Below, piece by piece: positions 1 to 12,299 of a DNA stretch of 64,000 nucleotides (position 1 is the first letter of the stretch; each line of letters begins with the position of its first letter). Under the pieces are notes generated by a model. The model did no database searches. It was given only the letters and a program-made list of their open reading frames with translations, and was not told the origin of the DNA. Origin of the DNA: Carcharhinus amblyrhynchos (taxonomy: Eukaryota). Location of the stretch: NCBI GenBank assembly GCA_965287045.1, contig OZ336885.1:61690001-61754000 (forward strand). The letters run 5' to 3'. The translations under genes and the position numbers were made by a program.

Positions 1-879
1 ATAAACATTTTCACGCTGCTTAAATGAGAAAAATGTTGTTAGAATTGTAAATGAATATGAAGTCCCTGCATGATTAAAAAAACTACATCTTTGGCGAGCA
101 AAAGGGAGTGTGACAGTTTGGGGCCAATGCGCTTCTGCACATTCCTGGCAGATCGCTGAAAAGACCTCCCAGCATCCAGATCACTGCCATGTAACACCCA
201 CAGTCATCCCTGGCCTCATCGCTGGCCTTCTCAACTAGCACGACCCCGCCCCCCGCTCCACCTAGCACAGACACACATCATTGGCCTCATCGTTGACTCA
301 CATAATCCCCCAGCTCACATCGCTGACCCTCACAATATCCTCCTCTCCTCCATAGACATCACTGTCCTCATTGCGGCGCCGCCCCAATCTCCCCTCATAC
401 GCAGACATCGCCTCTTGCCTCTATGGATCCAGATAATGCAGATACCCAATTTGTCCCTCCCTTGAACACAATACCCTCATTGATGCCCTGAAGAGGACTT
501 GTTGTGCTGGCATGCACAACTGCAGCTTTTGACCTTTCCCTCTTTTGAATTGGAGCCTTGAATATTGCACCCCTCCCCCGCCCCCTCCACCCAACCCCAT
601 CCTTCTCCGCCACAAATACGGCAGCTCATCAATTAGGAGCTCTGAGTTTCATATCTCACACAGCCCCCACCCCCCAGACAAACCTGCGGATTGAATGGCA
701 GCCAATCAGCACCCCGAGGGATGCCTGACACTCAACTGAATTCTCTCACAAACATTTGCTCTGATCGGGTCATTGACTGGCGACGCTCACTGCACTTGCA
801 CTCGTCGAACAGACCAGAGCTGTATTTAAGCTTCAGGGATGAATGCACAGCCAATCACGCCATAAAGATTGCTGCGCGG

Positions 880-1119
880 AGACCTGCTCCCAGGTTTTCA
901 GAGGCCGACCAGGACGACCTGGTAGATTCTTTGTTGGTGAAGCGTGATTGTTTCAACACTGGCCAGGGCTCCAACACAAGGTATGCATCCGCCATGACAA
1001 TGTGGGAGGTGATCGCAGAAGTGGTGAACGCCAGGTGCCTCATATGGTGCTATGGATTGCAGTGTCACAATAGCAAAACAAAACAAAAATCGACTTCTGC
1101 GAGCAGCGTGTATCAGTGA
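880..1119 (+). pseudogene. Harbinger Myb/SANT-like DNA-binding protein remnant
   Basis: ORF 691..1119 contains RPAPRFSEADQDDLVDSLLVKRD...WEVIAEVVNA, the pattern of Harbinger-associated Myb/SANT proteins. Confidence 0.75.
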
Positions 1120-2979
1120 GCATTCCACATTGAACACGGCGCGTGTTTGGCACAAATTTCCAAACCAGCAAAGACACCTGAATAAATTGCAACAAGTTAG
1201 TCTTTCCCGGGGAACATAATCTAGCGCCTTTCCCCTCACACCGCAACGAGCACCCTTCAGTAGTGACCGATTGCAGGAGATGGTGAGGTCAGAGCATGAG
1301 ACTCAGTTCACCACTGCAATACTGGCGGCCACAGTGGAAAGTCTGGCTCAGGAGTCTGTTTTCCGTGGGTGAAAAGTCCAGGCCATCCTGGAGACACTAC
1401 AGGTCAGAGCCAAGTGTGTTTCCGGCATCGAGGAGGCACAGTGTCCGATGGCTATTGATGTCAGTGGCATGTGGAAGATATTGCTGGCCATGGCCGGGAC
1501 TCTCGCAGGCTTTCTGGAGATACAGCGAGCTATGGTGGTGAGCCTTGACAACTCAACACAGGCCCTGAGGGCTCCTGCTGAAGTGTGAAGAGCGTGGCTA
1601 GTTCACAGAATACTGTAGTAAAGGGGCTCTGGACCTTGGCCGAGTCTCAGAGGGCGAGGACTGAGGGTTGACACATCACAGGACAGATGCATCGAGGTCT
1701 CCAGGACTGACAGAATCAGTTGACGCTGGAGCTTCTGGAGCTAAGTCCAGCTACCCTGGCATCTCATTTAGTGCCCCTTTGGTCTCTGGGCATCCCAATG
1801 GGGGAGGAATGGTTTGAGTGCATGCCGGGATCTTCGATGAGATCCCAGATATGCCAATTCCTTCTGTTTCCCTGCTCACCCCTCTCCCCATCTCCCCCTC
1901 CCCCCCCCCCCCCCCCCACCAAACCCCTACGTTCTCACACTGGATCATCTCAGGGCCAGCGAGATGAACAGGGTGGTACCAAAACAGTGTCATCCACGAG
2001 TGATCGGAGTCTTCCAGGTCCTGGACACACAGGGGATGTCCACCAAGGGCATCATAGGCGATGGAGCGTGCACCACAGCTGGACAACGACTCCTCAAATG
2101 TGCATTCTGGGGTAGCACCGAGAAGAAGCAGCGGACACCACAAAGTTAGAAAGTCATAGTTCACTCGTGGGTACGGCTGAAGGTCGGCATTAAAAACATG
2201 GTTTGGCAATCATTTATGTTCAGAACGCATTAAACTGTTAATTGCACATCACACCGTGACTGATATGTTTCTGATCTTCTCCGTCTCCCCAACAGCTCAG
2301 TGTTTCCGAATTCCAAACAATGAGGTGCTGTCTGTTGAGCCCTGCAGACTAAGCCGCATGTTTCAGAGTGGCTCTCCTACCTTCCTGAACATCCACCAAA
2401 CTCTTGGTGCGGGTGTTGCCCCCTCCTCCCCCGCGCCAGCCCTCCCAACCAGACCCATCATCCTCTAAACTCTCTTGGCCAAAATGAACATGTATACCCA
2501 AAAGTTACGGCTACGTGGGCCAGGGTGGGAGAGTGCACGAATCCAGGTAGGAGTCAGACTTGAGTTGCCCCAGGGGCAGGATCTCACTGCGAAGAACAGT
2601 CAGTGGTCATCATCCTCCAGCCTTCATTCAAAACTCGCAAACACTGCCAGCCCAGGCACCTTAATGTCGGATGTTTCTGGGGGATATGGTGGTGTGATGG
2701 CAGAAGTAGGGGAATGGTAGTGTGGTGGCTTGCAGGCCTAGATCGATATGGAGGGGCAATAGCAGCTGCACTTGTTCCAGGGTTTTGGTGGATGTGTGTT
2801 GGTTACGCCCCTCTTTCTGCACAGCACCAGCTAGGTGAATCGGGATACAATCAAGGTGTACCTCATTGCCCTTTTCTTCTGGACTCTTGCCATCACTGCC
2901 CACCTTCCTTCCTCCAGTTCTTCTTATGGCGGGATATGGATGTCGCCCCCCCCCCCCACCGCCCCCCCTTCCCCCCGCC

Positions 2980-3550
2980 GCTGCTCCTCCTCCTGCTCCA
3001 GCTGTCTTCTCACTGCTGGGCGATGTTGTGAAGAGCGCAGGAAACGATTTTGATGCGTTAATCACGCACAGGGTCATGCTGGAGTACCCCCCACCAGAGC
3101 TGCCCAAACAGCGGAACTGCATCTTCAGCACGCTGATGCATTGCTCTACGACGGAACGGACGGCTGCGCGCGCCTCTGCCTCTGTCCCAGGCCTCAGCCA
3201 TGACCGTAGAAGGTAACCTTGGTCACCCAGGAGCCCTCCCGGGAGCGGGCTGGTCGTCATAGAGCCCAGGGATGTCCGACTGTTGGATCATAAAGCTGGC
3301 ATAAACACTTCCTGGCATCAACCTTCATTTGATGGTCGCAGACAATTTGGACGTTCAGGGAGTGGAACCTCTTCCTCTTCAAAAAATGTTCTGTGGCCAT
3401 GCATTTGTGGGGATGGGGCGGGGAGGGGGGGCGGTGGCGTGAGGGGGGGTGGGGGTGGCCGCTATCCATTGCATCCTGCACATTCGGAGTGCCAATGATG
3501 GATGCACTACTAAGAAAATCCATCAGTCCATATTCTTTCCAAACCAATCT
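2980..3550 (-). pseudogene. Harbinger (HARBI1-like) DDE transposase remnant
   Basis: Motifs PNVQDAMD, RKRFHSLNVQIVCDHQ, LLGDQGY and VVEQCISVLKMQFRCL, split over ORFs 3257..3547 and 2661..3260. Confidence 0.85.
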
Positions 3551-4202
3551 TCGCAGATGGATCTCGGTTTACTCAACCTGGAGCTGGCCTTTTGGTGGCA
3601 GCAGCGGCGGAGGAGGCCCTGCCCGGGCAGTCATCATCTGTGAACTGCGACGCACACTGTGCACGGAGGCCTGGGGGAACCCCGTAGTCTCCACTCGGTG
3701 CCTGGCATGATGCCGAGGCGTAGAAATAGAGTGCAGCCATTCAATTCACGTCCACAGTGTGCGGGTGGCCGCCCCCTCCCCTGAGGTGCCAAATGTCAGA
3801 GCAACTCACAAAGTTGTTGCACCATGGTGTTGGACTTGCACAGCTGACAATGGCACAACTCCACTGAGAGGGCCTCAAAGGCATTGTGGGGCCTGCACTT
3901 CGTCATCCTCGGCACTTTTCACTTTCTGTGTATCCTCGCAGGACGCTGTCGACCACCTTCCCCCCCCCCTCCCCCGCATCTCATGGCCATCAGCAGCAGC
4001 CCCCTACCCTCCTTCCTGAGCATCTGCTGGTCGCTGATCCTTCAGTGGTCCCACCATGCCCGCCATATCCTGGGCTGCCAGCTCCTGCTCCTCCTCCGCT
4101 TCTGCTGCCACAAAAAGGCCACCTCCAGATTGAGTAAGCCGAGATCCATCCACAAAGTTTGGTTTGGAAAAACATATGGAATGATGCATTTTTCTTAGTA
4201 CT
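3505..4202. repeat. ~110-bp inverted repeat inside the Harbinger relic (arms ~3505-3616 and ~4090-4202)
   Basis: gatggatctcggtttactcaacctggagctggccttttggtggcagcagcggcggaggagg is close to the reverse complement of cctcctccgcttctgctgccacaaaaaggccacctccagattgagtaagccgagatccatc. Confidence 0.75.
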
Positions 4203-4740
4203 GCATTCACCCAGCACCAACTCAATCCCTCATTTTGGCCACAACTCCCAATCTGGGTGCTGGCAACACCGCACAATCCATGGTGCCATGCATGGCCTGA
4301 TTAGTGTGAGACTCCCATCATGACAAACGCTGGCACAGGTCATGGGGGTCGGTGTGCAGCTGTGGGCAATGGACATCCCTGAACCATTGCTATGTGTGAC
4401 CCTTTAGCATGTGTTACAGAAATATGTTGTTGGTCTGTTTCACAGGGCAGGGACAGATAGCAATTGAGCAACGGATGTGTGCCCAGTTACAGCAGATTGC
4501 ATGCAGTCCACATCTGAACCTCTGTACCCCGGCCTGGAGCGGCAGCTGCTTCATCTGGTTAGGCCTCAATCAGTACATGGTACACTGTTCCCGAACCCCA
4601 GAACCACCAGCACTCAGTCGAGTCCGGGACCTCACCCTGCAGCAAGACAATGCCACTGCAACGTCTTTTGGATTAGTAGGGCGTTCAGGAGCCTTCGAGC
4701 TTTTCTCCCACACTAAGCGATAGCGCTGCAATGAGCCGTG

Positions 4741-4771
<31 letters not shown>

Positions 4772-5609
4772 CGGGCGGTGTTGGTGGGGTGTGGGGAGGG
4801 GTAGGTAACTGGAGGCTTCGAGGCTGTGTCCCACACGATGCGACAGCAGTACCCAAGCAGTGGGGGCGGGGGCGGGGGTGGGGGGGGGTGTGGGGGTGGA
4901 AATCGCAAGCTTTCTTGACTATCTCTCAGACTGTGTGACAGTGCTGCCCAGGATGTAAGGGAAATCGGAGCCTTCGAGGCTGCCCCGCACACTTAAGCCT
5001 TCACTGCGGGGGAGAGGGGTGGAGGGTGTTGGGGGGCAGAGATAGGAGTCGGAGAAGAAGATGAGCAGGACTCCCTCACGGCTTATCACCCAGAGAGCTG
5101 TGACGAAATAGGTGAACCCTGATCCCAACGCCCCCACCACAGATATCACTGGTCCACGGGCCAACACCTGAAGGCAGCAGGAGGGAGGCCACTAGGCATC
5201 TTCAGGGCCTGCTTGCAACATCCCCTGCACTCCGCTAGCAACGCTTACATCCCGACGCCTGTTGAAGGCTGCCACACGAGATTGAGACTTTTAAATGCCC
5301 ACTCTGATTCGTGTCAAAGTGACATCATGTAAAATAGTTGGGGGACGCAGATGAAGACGGAGACTGCCGCGTGGATGCCAATAATCGCATGTAAAGGTAT
5401 GTAAATTCAGTTTAATTAGCGTAAACGCGCCCATGAAAACTGGCGGGGAACCGGCGAAATGTCCAACACGCGTATACCCTGACACAGCCCACGGGAAAGT
5501 TGCGAGAGAACAATCACAGTCATTATTGTCGTGCAAATCTGTTGCTGGCAGTATGTCTTCAAGTTTGGAATTGTGACACCCTCCGATACCGATGCATTTT
5601 AAAGATTTA

Positions 5610-6060
5610 TTTGTATGCACTGAGTTCTTCAATGGCTGAAATATAATATGCAATCTATTTTCCAACACAAATTAACAATACACCTTTTGTTACTCCACGC
5701 CTGAAAAGAACCGCATTGATTTATCGTGATACAATCATGATTCAAATAGCCTATGTGGCGGAGACAACTGAAGCGTAATTCATTTTTTTTTCCCCTATCG
5801 TCAGGTAAGATGAAGCACAGACATCGAGAATTTTGTAAATGCAAGATGTGGCAATTTGATTGCAGAAATGGCAGTCCAATTTGGGATAGATATCGAACAA
5901 ATGAATAATTAATAATTTGATCCGTTCATCGAGCCTGCCGACTGAATTTGTTTGGATTAAGATAAAATGTCCACATAAACGAGAAAAAGCCGCCGCTCTG
6001 CGGCAAAATTGAGCATTGGTATGTGTACCTTTATCGGAATGGTAATATTTTTCAAATGCC
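5610..6060 (-). pseudogene. Decayed TCR beta-like C1 domain plus connecting peptide and TM (unit A)
   Basis: With frameshifts reads AAFS-R(C)L-CGH-FYL(P)NPNKFSR(W), SSYLT (~5799-5813), FSC (5764-5772), CG, then LLICVGK*IAYYI...AYK (K-S-x-x-Y TM motif). Confidence 0.55.
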
Positions 6061-6274
6061 AAGCAAATGATTATTAGTATCCTGTGATTTGCATTTGCTT
6101 CATATGTGTATGCACTCATTTTTAATTATTGTGCACATGTACTATGCTTCCCTTCAGATAATTGTCCTGTGGATTATCACTTATATAGTTAACAGTTCTT
6201 GGATGAACGGCAATGACCTTTTTTGCATATTTAATTAATGTAACAGGTGTCTTAAAGTAGCACTGCAATACATT

Positions 6275-6523
6275 TACACTGGAAATTGCTGAGTTACTAC
6301 ATTATGCTGACTGTTAGGGTGCACAAAGGGAGAATATGCATGGCCAATGCACCTCAGCGGCATGTTTTTTCTATTTTTTGGAGGAAACCAGAACACCTGG
6401 AAGAAACACACGCAGTCTCGTGGAGACTGAGCAATCTCCGCATCTACTGTCACCCAAGTCATGAATCGAACCATAATCCCTCACTATGTGGGCCAATGCC
6501 TCCGTGTGTCACCGTGCCGCTCC
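6275..6523 (-). mobile_element. HE1-like tRNA-derived SINE, old
   Basis: Reverse complement starts ggagcggcacggtgacac...ggttcgattc (A/B boxes), followed by a body similar to the 18201 copy. Confidence 0.7.
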
Positions 6524-6609
6524 TTCTGACTTTCCCTCTTTCAAATCGAAGTGCATTATGCATCAATATTTGGCTTAAGCTGCAATAGTTTCCTAAACTG
6601 ATTCTCCTA

Positions 6610-6705
6610 CTTTGTGAAAACCACCGAAATCCTTCAATTAGTCTCTTGAATCATTGTACGAAAAATGTAATAATAAAAAAGGCCGGTAATGTTCAGTGCA
6701 ACACG
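6610..6705 (-). pseudogene. Decayed TCR gamma-like TM exon (unit A)
   Basis: Reads VALNITGLFYYYIFRT...ISVVFTK*; same position as the NVTFIIGVFLFLK segment at 43.7 kb. Confidence 0.35.
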
Positions 6706-6784
6706 GATCCTTCATGAAGTCGTGAAATGTTGTTTTCGATGAGATTACCTTCCCTTTGATGCAATTGTCATTTTTTTTCTCTAC

Positions 6785-6820
6785 CTTTGTTTTCGACAGC
6801 GTTTTTGATTTTGCCATGGT
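6785..6820 (-). pseudogene. 36-nt hinge mini-exon
   Basis: ttttgttcctagcag|ACCATGGCAAAATCAAAAACGCTGTCGAAAACAAAG|gtag; same length and similar sequence to 43864-43899. Confidence 0.5.
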
Positions 6821-6849
6821 CTGCTAGGAACAAAAGATCATTTTAGATA

Positions 6850-7120
6850 TTCAAAATTTGAGACTGTAAGATGTAACAACTTCTAGCACATCAGGCTGAA
6901 GTCACTGCTGGTATGATTTTGACTATTGTTGTACAATGCTGGGGAGATTCACAGTTAAATGCAAATGTCTGTTGCCCTCTTTGAGAAGAAATAAATCCGT
7001 ATTTTATTTCAGAGTGTGCACACTATTATTTTGACAACGCATAACAAAAAAAAGTATCCGATAATTGCAGCGGGCCTGAGATCATTTAAGGGGAGAGAAT
7101 AGAGTTAGCTTTACGAGTCT
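6850..7120 (-). pseudogene. Decayed C1 exon, gamma position (unit A)
   Basis: VKLTLFSP, then LLCVVK (shifted frame), SY and SYS motifs at C1 spacing. Confidence 0.4.
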
Positions 7121-7173
7121 GGATAATCCATAGTCAGAGCTGATTATCCCAATTACTCAATGCTGCACACGAA

Positions 7174-7780
7174 TTAAGATTAAGCTAATTTGATCATCAA
7201 GCATTCGCAGATGTTCCACATTCCCATTTTGATCATGGCAGCAAAATGTAAGCATAATTGAGTGGACTGCAAAATATGTTAATATGACACATTTGTGTTG
7301 AATCGGACAACACACCACACCCACATATTCTCAAAATAAGTGAAATGTGTATCTCAAAGAAACTAAGTAGATATCGACAAACAAGCAGTTCTGTCTTTTG
7401 ACTTTCCAAATGCTTACAAAGCTCGTGAAGTATTTCTGCTAATACCACCTATTATAATAACATTATTCGCAGACGTCTTTGAACACTTATTGTAATAGGT
7501 GGTATTAGCAGAAATACTTCACGAGCTTTGTAAGCATATTGCAAAGCCAAATGACATAAATGGTCACTTGTCGGTATCTACTTTGTGTCTTTGAGATACA
7601 CATTTCACTTCTATTGAAAATATGTGGGTGTGATGTGTTGTCCGATTCTACACATATGTGTCAGATAAACAAACATATTTTGCAGTTGACTCAATTATGC
7701 TTGCATATTTTTCTGTCATGAACAAAATGGGAATGTGGAACATCTGTAACTGCTTGATGATCAAATTAGCTTAATCTTAA
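7174..7780. repeat. 607-bp quasi-palindrome (arms ~290 bp, 26-bp loop at 7461-7486)
   Basis: 7411-7454 is an exact reverse complement of 7493-7536; the outer arms align with mismatches out to ttaagattaagctaatt / aattagcttaatcttaa. Confidence 0.95.
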
Positions 7781-8199
7781 AAAAATCCATGGCATAATGA
7801 CTAACAATCCTGCCCTATAATGGCACTTCCGAACAGCCACTTCCCCCAACCACCACCCCGCCACCCCACCCCACCCCACCCCCGCCCCGCCGCCCGCGAT
7901 CTCTCACCATATAGCAAGGCAAATATTTATGCTCTGTTGCATGTAACATCGTTAAAGCTCCATAAATTAAGTGAAAGTCATGTGAGCTTGCATGCAAAAC
8001 GGATTTATTCGATTTCACTCGAAACACTGGTCAAAATGCAGAACACGACTTTAGTATATGTATAACCTTCTTCCGTTGATTTCAGCTCTTCTCCTGTAAA
8101 GTGGGATGTATTGGGTGCATGAATCAACAGCAAAATTCGATGCAAAACATGTACACGCGGCGTCTTTTTTATATAATTTAGCAGATCAGGAAATGCAGC

Positions 8200-8245
8200 C
8201 TGTGTTCAGTGACTTCAATAACACACTTGAACACCCAGACAACCT
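8200..8245 (-). pseudogene. Decayed J segment (a weaker second J lies at ~8066-8125)
   Basis: WVFKCVIEVTEH versus consensus WVFGxGTxVTV; most differences are single-base changes. Confidence 0.5.
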
Positions 8246-8370
8246 TACAAACGTGCTAAATTGCAGGAAACGCACAGTCAGTTTGACACTCATTTGAACA
8301 CGAAGCTTTGAAGTAGATTCACTTAAAATGAAGCGTGCACATATCGGGCAGCCAGCATGACATTACCTTG

Positions 8371-8680
8371 CTACGTTTCTGTCACAGCAGAGTCGCTTGC
8401 TACCTTACTGTTTGATATTTTTTTCAGAGAGCAAGCCATTTTCTCACCTAAGTTTTTCAAATCGTCTTTGCAACTCCTAAGCTCTGGCGCGCGACAGAAT
8501 AAATTATCTATATCGCTACAAGTTTGCATATCTTCCAAGTTTAACAGCATGTAAAACTGTGGAATGCCGAAAAACAATTGCATGGTCCCTTTAAAAAGTA
8601 GTTTTGTTTTGTGTTCTAAGAATGTTAATGTGATGCAGACTGACACCCAAAAATTAACCATTTGTAACGAATGGCCGAGC
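8371..8680 (-). pseudogene. Decayed V segment (unit A, upstream of the gamma/beta-position C exons)
   Basis: ORF 8371..8712 ends ACSLKKISNSKVASDSAV; KLLF(C)...QF(W)Y spacing puts the lost second Cys 60 residues after the Trp position. Confidence 0.55.
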
Positions 8681-8899
8681 AAGAGTGTTACCAAGGAAGC
8701 AACCATTAACACATTTAATTGTTTTTTTTATTTTGGCCTGTTAATTAGAATTAGGGACTTAGATACCAAGAACAGATTGAATTTAAATCTGATGGTTTTG
8801 GCAACCTCGGGCCTATCCTATTGTGGAGAATATTGATATACCATCACTAGCATAAAAGGAAATAGGTAGTAGTAGCAGAGGAGGAGATCGACTGTCTCC

Positions 8900-9328
8900 T
8901 GCCAGACCTCATAACTTTTAGCGCAATGCCTCATCAAGACAGCAACTATGAAAGGAGCAAAAAAGGTAGAAATCCCAAAGAAGAATCAATAGTGATGGCC
9001 CAGAATATTCTGGAAGACATAAAATCCAGTTATAATTTAGTGAGTGACTGGTATTCACGTCGTTTTTTTTTAACGGGTGGGAAGTGCATTCATGTGAACA
9101 ACATTCCACTTGAATTGTGTCTTAGTTAGTTTGGGAATAGTTTACTTCAATTGATCACTGTTTGGTGAGGTTGTCAGGGAGTGATTGTTATATTACCACT
9201 CAGTGTTGCTAAAGAGCAGGACGTACCACTTCACACCAAAATTGAACAGGCTATAAGGCGAGGTACTCATTTTTGAGTAATTAGGTGTTCGTTCTCGGTG
9301 GTGGGGCGGGGGTGGGGGTGGTGCACAT
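8900..9328 (-). pseudogene. Decayed TCR alpha-position C exon (9070-9328) and TM exon (8900-9009), unit A
   Basis: LIACSI...LFP...QFKWNVVH (9091-9114); then ttttatgtcttccag| PSLLILL...VAVLM...VW. Confidence 0.45.
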
Positions 9329-9856
9329 CTGCTTCATAAAGATTGTATGGCCGATTCTAAATACTACTGTTGAGCGGGGATGGAATTATTATTCCTCCTT
9401 AATGACTTCGTTAAAAACCCTATGTTCATAATCGGAAAGCTGCATCTGCTAAAGCGATTTTCGGGAAATAAAAAACAAGTAAACTTGAATATCGGCTTGA
9501 TTGATCAAGTAACCAATGCCCTTGATACATATGAATGCTATTCTGTGCACAGTATCATTGCAGCGGGTAACATTGTATATAAATTAAGGTCCTGATATTC
9601 AAATTAAAATAGTGAAATGTCGCTGCAATTGTTCCCGAGATCTTTCGAACCCTCCTTCTAAATCGGAAAAGAAATCAGTTTGGAAGCCAATCGGTAAGAA
9701 TTGCGTCACGGGGAGCCGACTGCAATGAAGCACTAATTCAGAATTATGATGGGGGAAAAGTAACGAACATGCTATGCGACTGAAATTAAATCACGCCGAA
9801 AGCAGCAAAACCTTGTATAAATATCTGCCTAAAGCTACTTGAATGTCGACAGGCAC

Positions 9857-10212
9857 AAATAACAGTAACGTTCTGACACTGCTCCACCGATTAACTCGTC
9901 CCCACACACAACAATCCCCTGGCCGCAAAAGCTATTTCTGCTGACTGCATCGAATAATATATTAAAATATAATAATTTGCCCTCGTAAACTGAAGCAAAA
10001 TCAGTCAGTTATCCTTCTCTCCCGGCTTAAATGTTTCACTTATTAGAATACAGAACACAATAATTAACACGCATTTTGCCAAACGAAGCACGTAGTGAAT
10101 TCACGGGACATTTCCTTACATTTTTACCATGAGCTCAATGTTAGGTTACTGAACATGCCGAGCTTGGGGCAAGGAATGAAAATGCTGCCATAAGATAAGT
10201 ACAACAAAAAGT
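9857..10212 (-). pseudogene. Array of about 3 decayed J segments with RSS remnants (unit A)
   Basis: DELIGGAVSE/VTVI (cf. DKLIFGAGTxVTV) with cacaaca-N11-gcaaaagct at 9907-9933; YSNK*/TFKPG/RIT at ~10000-10050; a weaker J at 10127-10212. Confidence 0.55.
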
Positions 10213-12112
10213 AAAGAAAGGTGAAGTTTGAAAGATGAAGAAGAAGTAAAAGATGATGAAAGAAAATAAGAAGAACACGATGATGAGGAAGAAGACATTT
10301 AATTTCTACCTTTGAGTGCTTATCATATATATTCACTTGACTCCATCGCTGAAGGCATCCTCTTTAATAAAATGTTTTGCTGTGCTAAAGCACACATTGG
10401 GTCACTTTACAAATAGATTGCTCGTTGAGGCATGACTGAACGCTTTGGATTGACGCACGTCTCCTATCTCGATTAGATAGAGATTCGATTCATGTCTTCA
10501 TTGCTTATTTTCTGAATTAAATAACACTACCTATGGCATTCAACTAAAATTTCAGAAAGTTCAGTTCAGGCTTTCAACAAGTGGTTGATGTAATTCGGTT
10601 TCAAATTGAATTAAGGAATATTGGTGGATAAGCATAGGTGATTCATTTGCATTTCTTGCCATTGCTTGCAGAAAAAAAAAATGCTTTAATGCAATTTACA
10701 TATTTTATATCATTGTCAGTGACTTAATTTTCCGAAAACCAAACAGGGAACGAAATTAAATTCACGTTTTAAAGATGCAGTGTATTGATTTTTGCCTGTT
10801 GAAGTTGAATGAGGAAAATCGTGTTATCCCAATTTAACTGAAGCTGACAAGCTGCCCATTGTCAATTTCTGTTTCACACATGGCCTTAAACAGTCAATCT
10901 GGGTCAAAAATCACTTTTGAGGCAGAGTTCCTTTTCAGGAATACCTGCGTGAGAAAATGAATTTTGAGGACAATTGCCGGTGATTTTGTGTTTTTAGATC
11001 GATGATTAATCGATGTTTATGTGATGAGATCAAATCTCACCATCTTCCTCTTGGAACTGAAATTACTCTTTTTCCGTCATCACCCTGGAACTCTGAATTC
11101 TTTTTTCCAAGTGACAATGGCACCATGCCGTCTTACGATATTTGACAGCCATTTAAAACGTGAATATTGGTCTTCAGCGGGATGGACGAAAGGGACCATA
11201 CAGCGAAACTTTAGATAACACAGAAGGAAGTGAACATATTAATTGCATCTCCTTCAATTAAAGTAGTGCTATGTTGAATCAGAAGATCGATGTTAGAGAG
11301 GAACGAAGTAAAAATGTCATCAGAATGCAAGTGGTGCTGAACAAAGTGGTGGGTATGGTAAATGACACTTTTTTCTGTTCAGTTCATTTAAGTGTCTAAT
11401 TGAGATCGCTAATTAGATAGTTAAAGCGTTGTTCTTAACAGTCCCATGCTTAATGTATTCTGGGAATTTTCCATCAGGCTGACAAGTAGAAAAGAATAAC
11501 ATTCCCTTCAGCAAGGGAATGAGGTATGTTATATAAAAATGCTATCGTGAAGAAGCTAATGCAATCGGTCACTCAAGATCGTCAACGTTAGGTAAATGTA
11601 AAAGCTAAAAATATTCGAGCAGTAATAGAATAGCGTTGTGTAAGTATTTCAGTGGATTATTTTTTGAAGGAACAACATCATTTTTAAACATGGAAAACTT
11701 CCATCGGATTGTATTAGATTTCGGTGAGAATTGATTAATCGTCATGACTAAGATTATTGTGGAAGATAGTGATATACAGCGCGAAAAAAAAAGTGCTGAT
11801 GTGGTAATGCTGATATATTAGCACTAATCGAAATTCGTTCTGGCTAGCAAAAAAGATAGTATGAGACACATGCATTTTATATTCTGTTAGTGATCTGGTT
11901 GAGCGGAAGCGAACATCAATCAACGTTGCAAACAACACAGATAAATTGGAACTATCATGTTCAAATCTCATAAGGATTTTGGGCACGGATAACGATTGTG
12001 AGTGGGCAAAAACTTGGCAAATATTTGTGTGGAAAAAGTGATTCCTGTACCTTAATCAAAAATGTTGTAGATTTTTATTTTACATTTGTGGAAACGAAAT
12101 TCGGGACGAATA

Positions 12113-12258
12113 GCATCGATACCGTCGATGAGCTGCTAAAGAATTCTCCTTTTTTTTCAGTTTTGTGAACCGCAATAATGGATCGATGGCATCGAAGACA
12201 TCGATGACCTGCTAAATAAATCTTTTTTCTTTCAGTTTCGTGCACAGTAACAATGGAT
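12113..12258. repeat. Two-copy ~75-bp diverged tandem duplication
   Basis: gcatcga...cgatga.ctgctaaa...ttcagttt.gtg...aatggat occurs twice in a row. Confidence 0.75.
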
Positions 12259-12299
12259 TATATATATAAAGCGTCCCAGAAACTGCCCATTGTTCAAAC

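Larger units (their letters stand above)
90..5515. mobile_element. Degenerate PIF/Harbinger DNA transposon with convergent Myb/SANT and transposase genes; ends approximate
   Basis: GC-rich block containing a + strand Myb/SANT-like ORF and - strand DDE transposase motifs (next two features). Confidence 0.8.

Noticed and set aside
7174-7780. piggyBac element suggested by TTAA ends
   Set aside because: Lacks CCC..GGG termini; TTAA is part of the palindrome itself.
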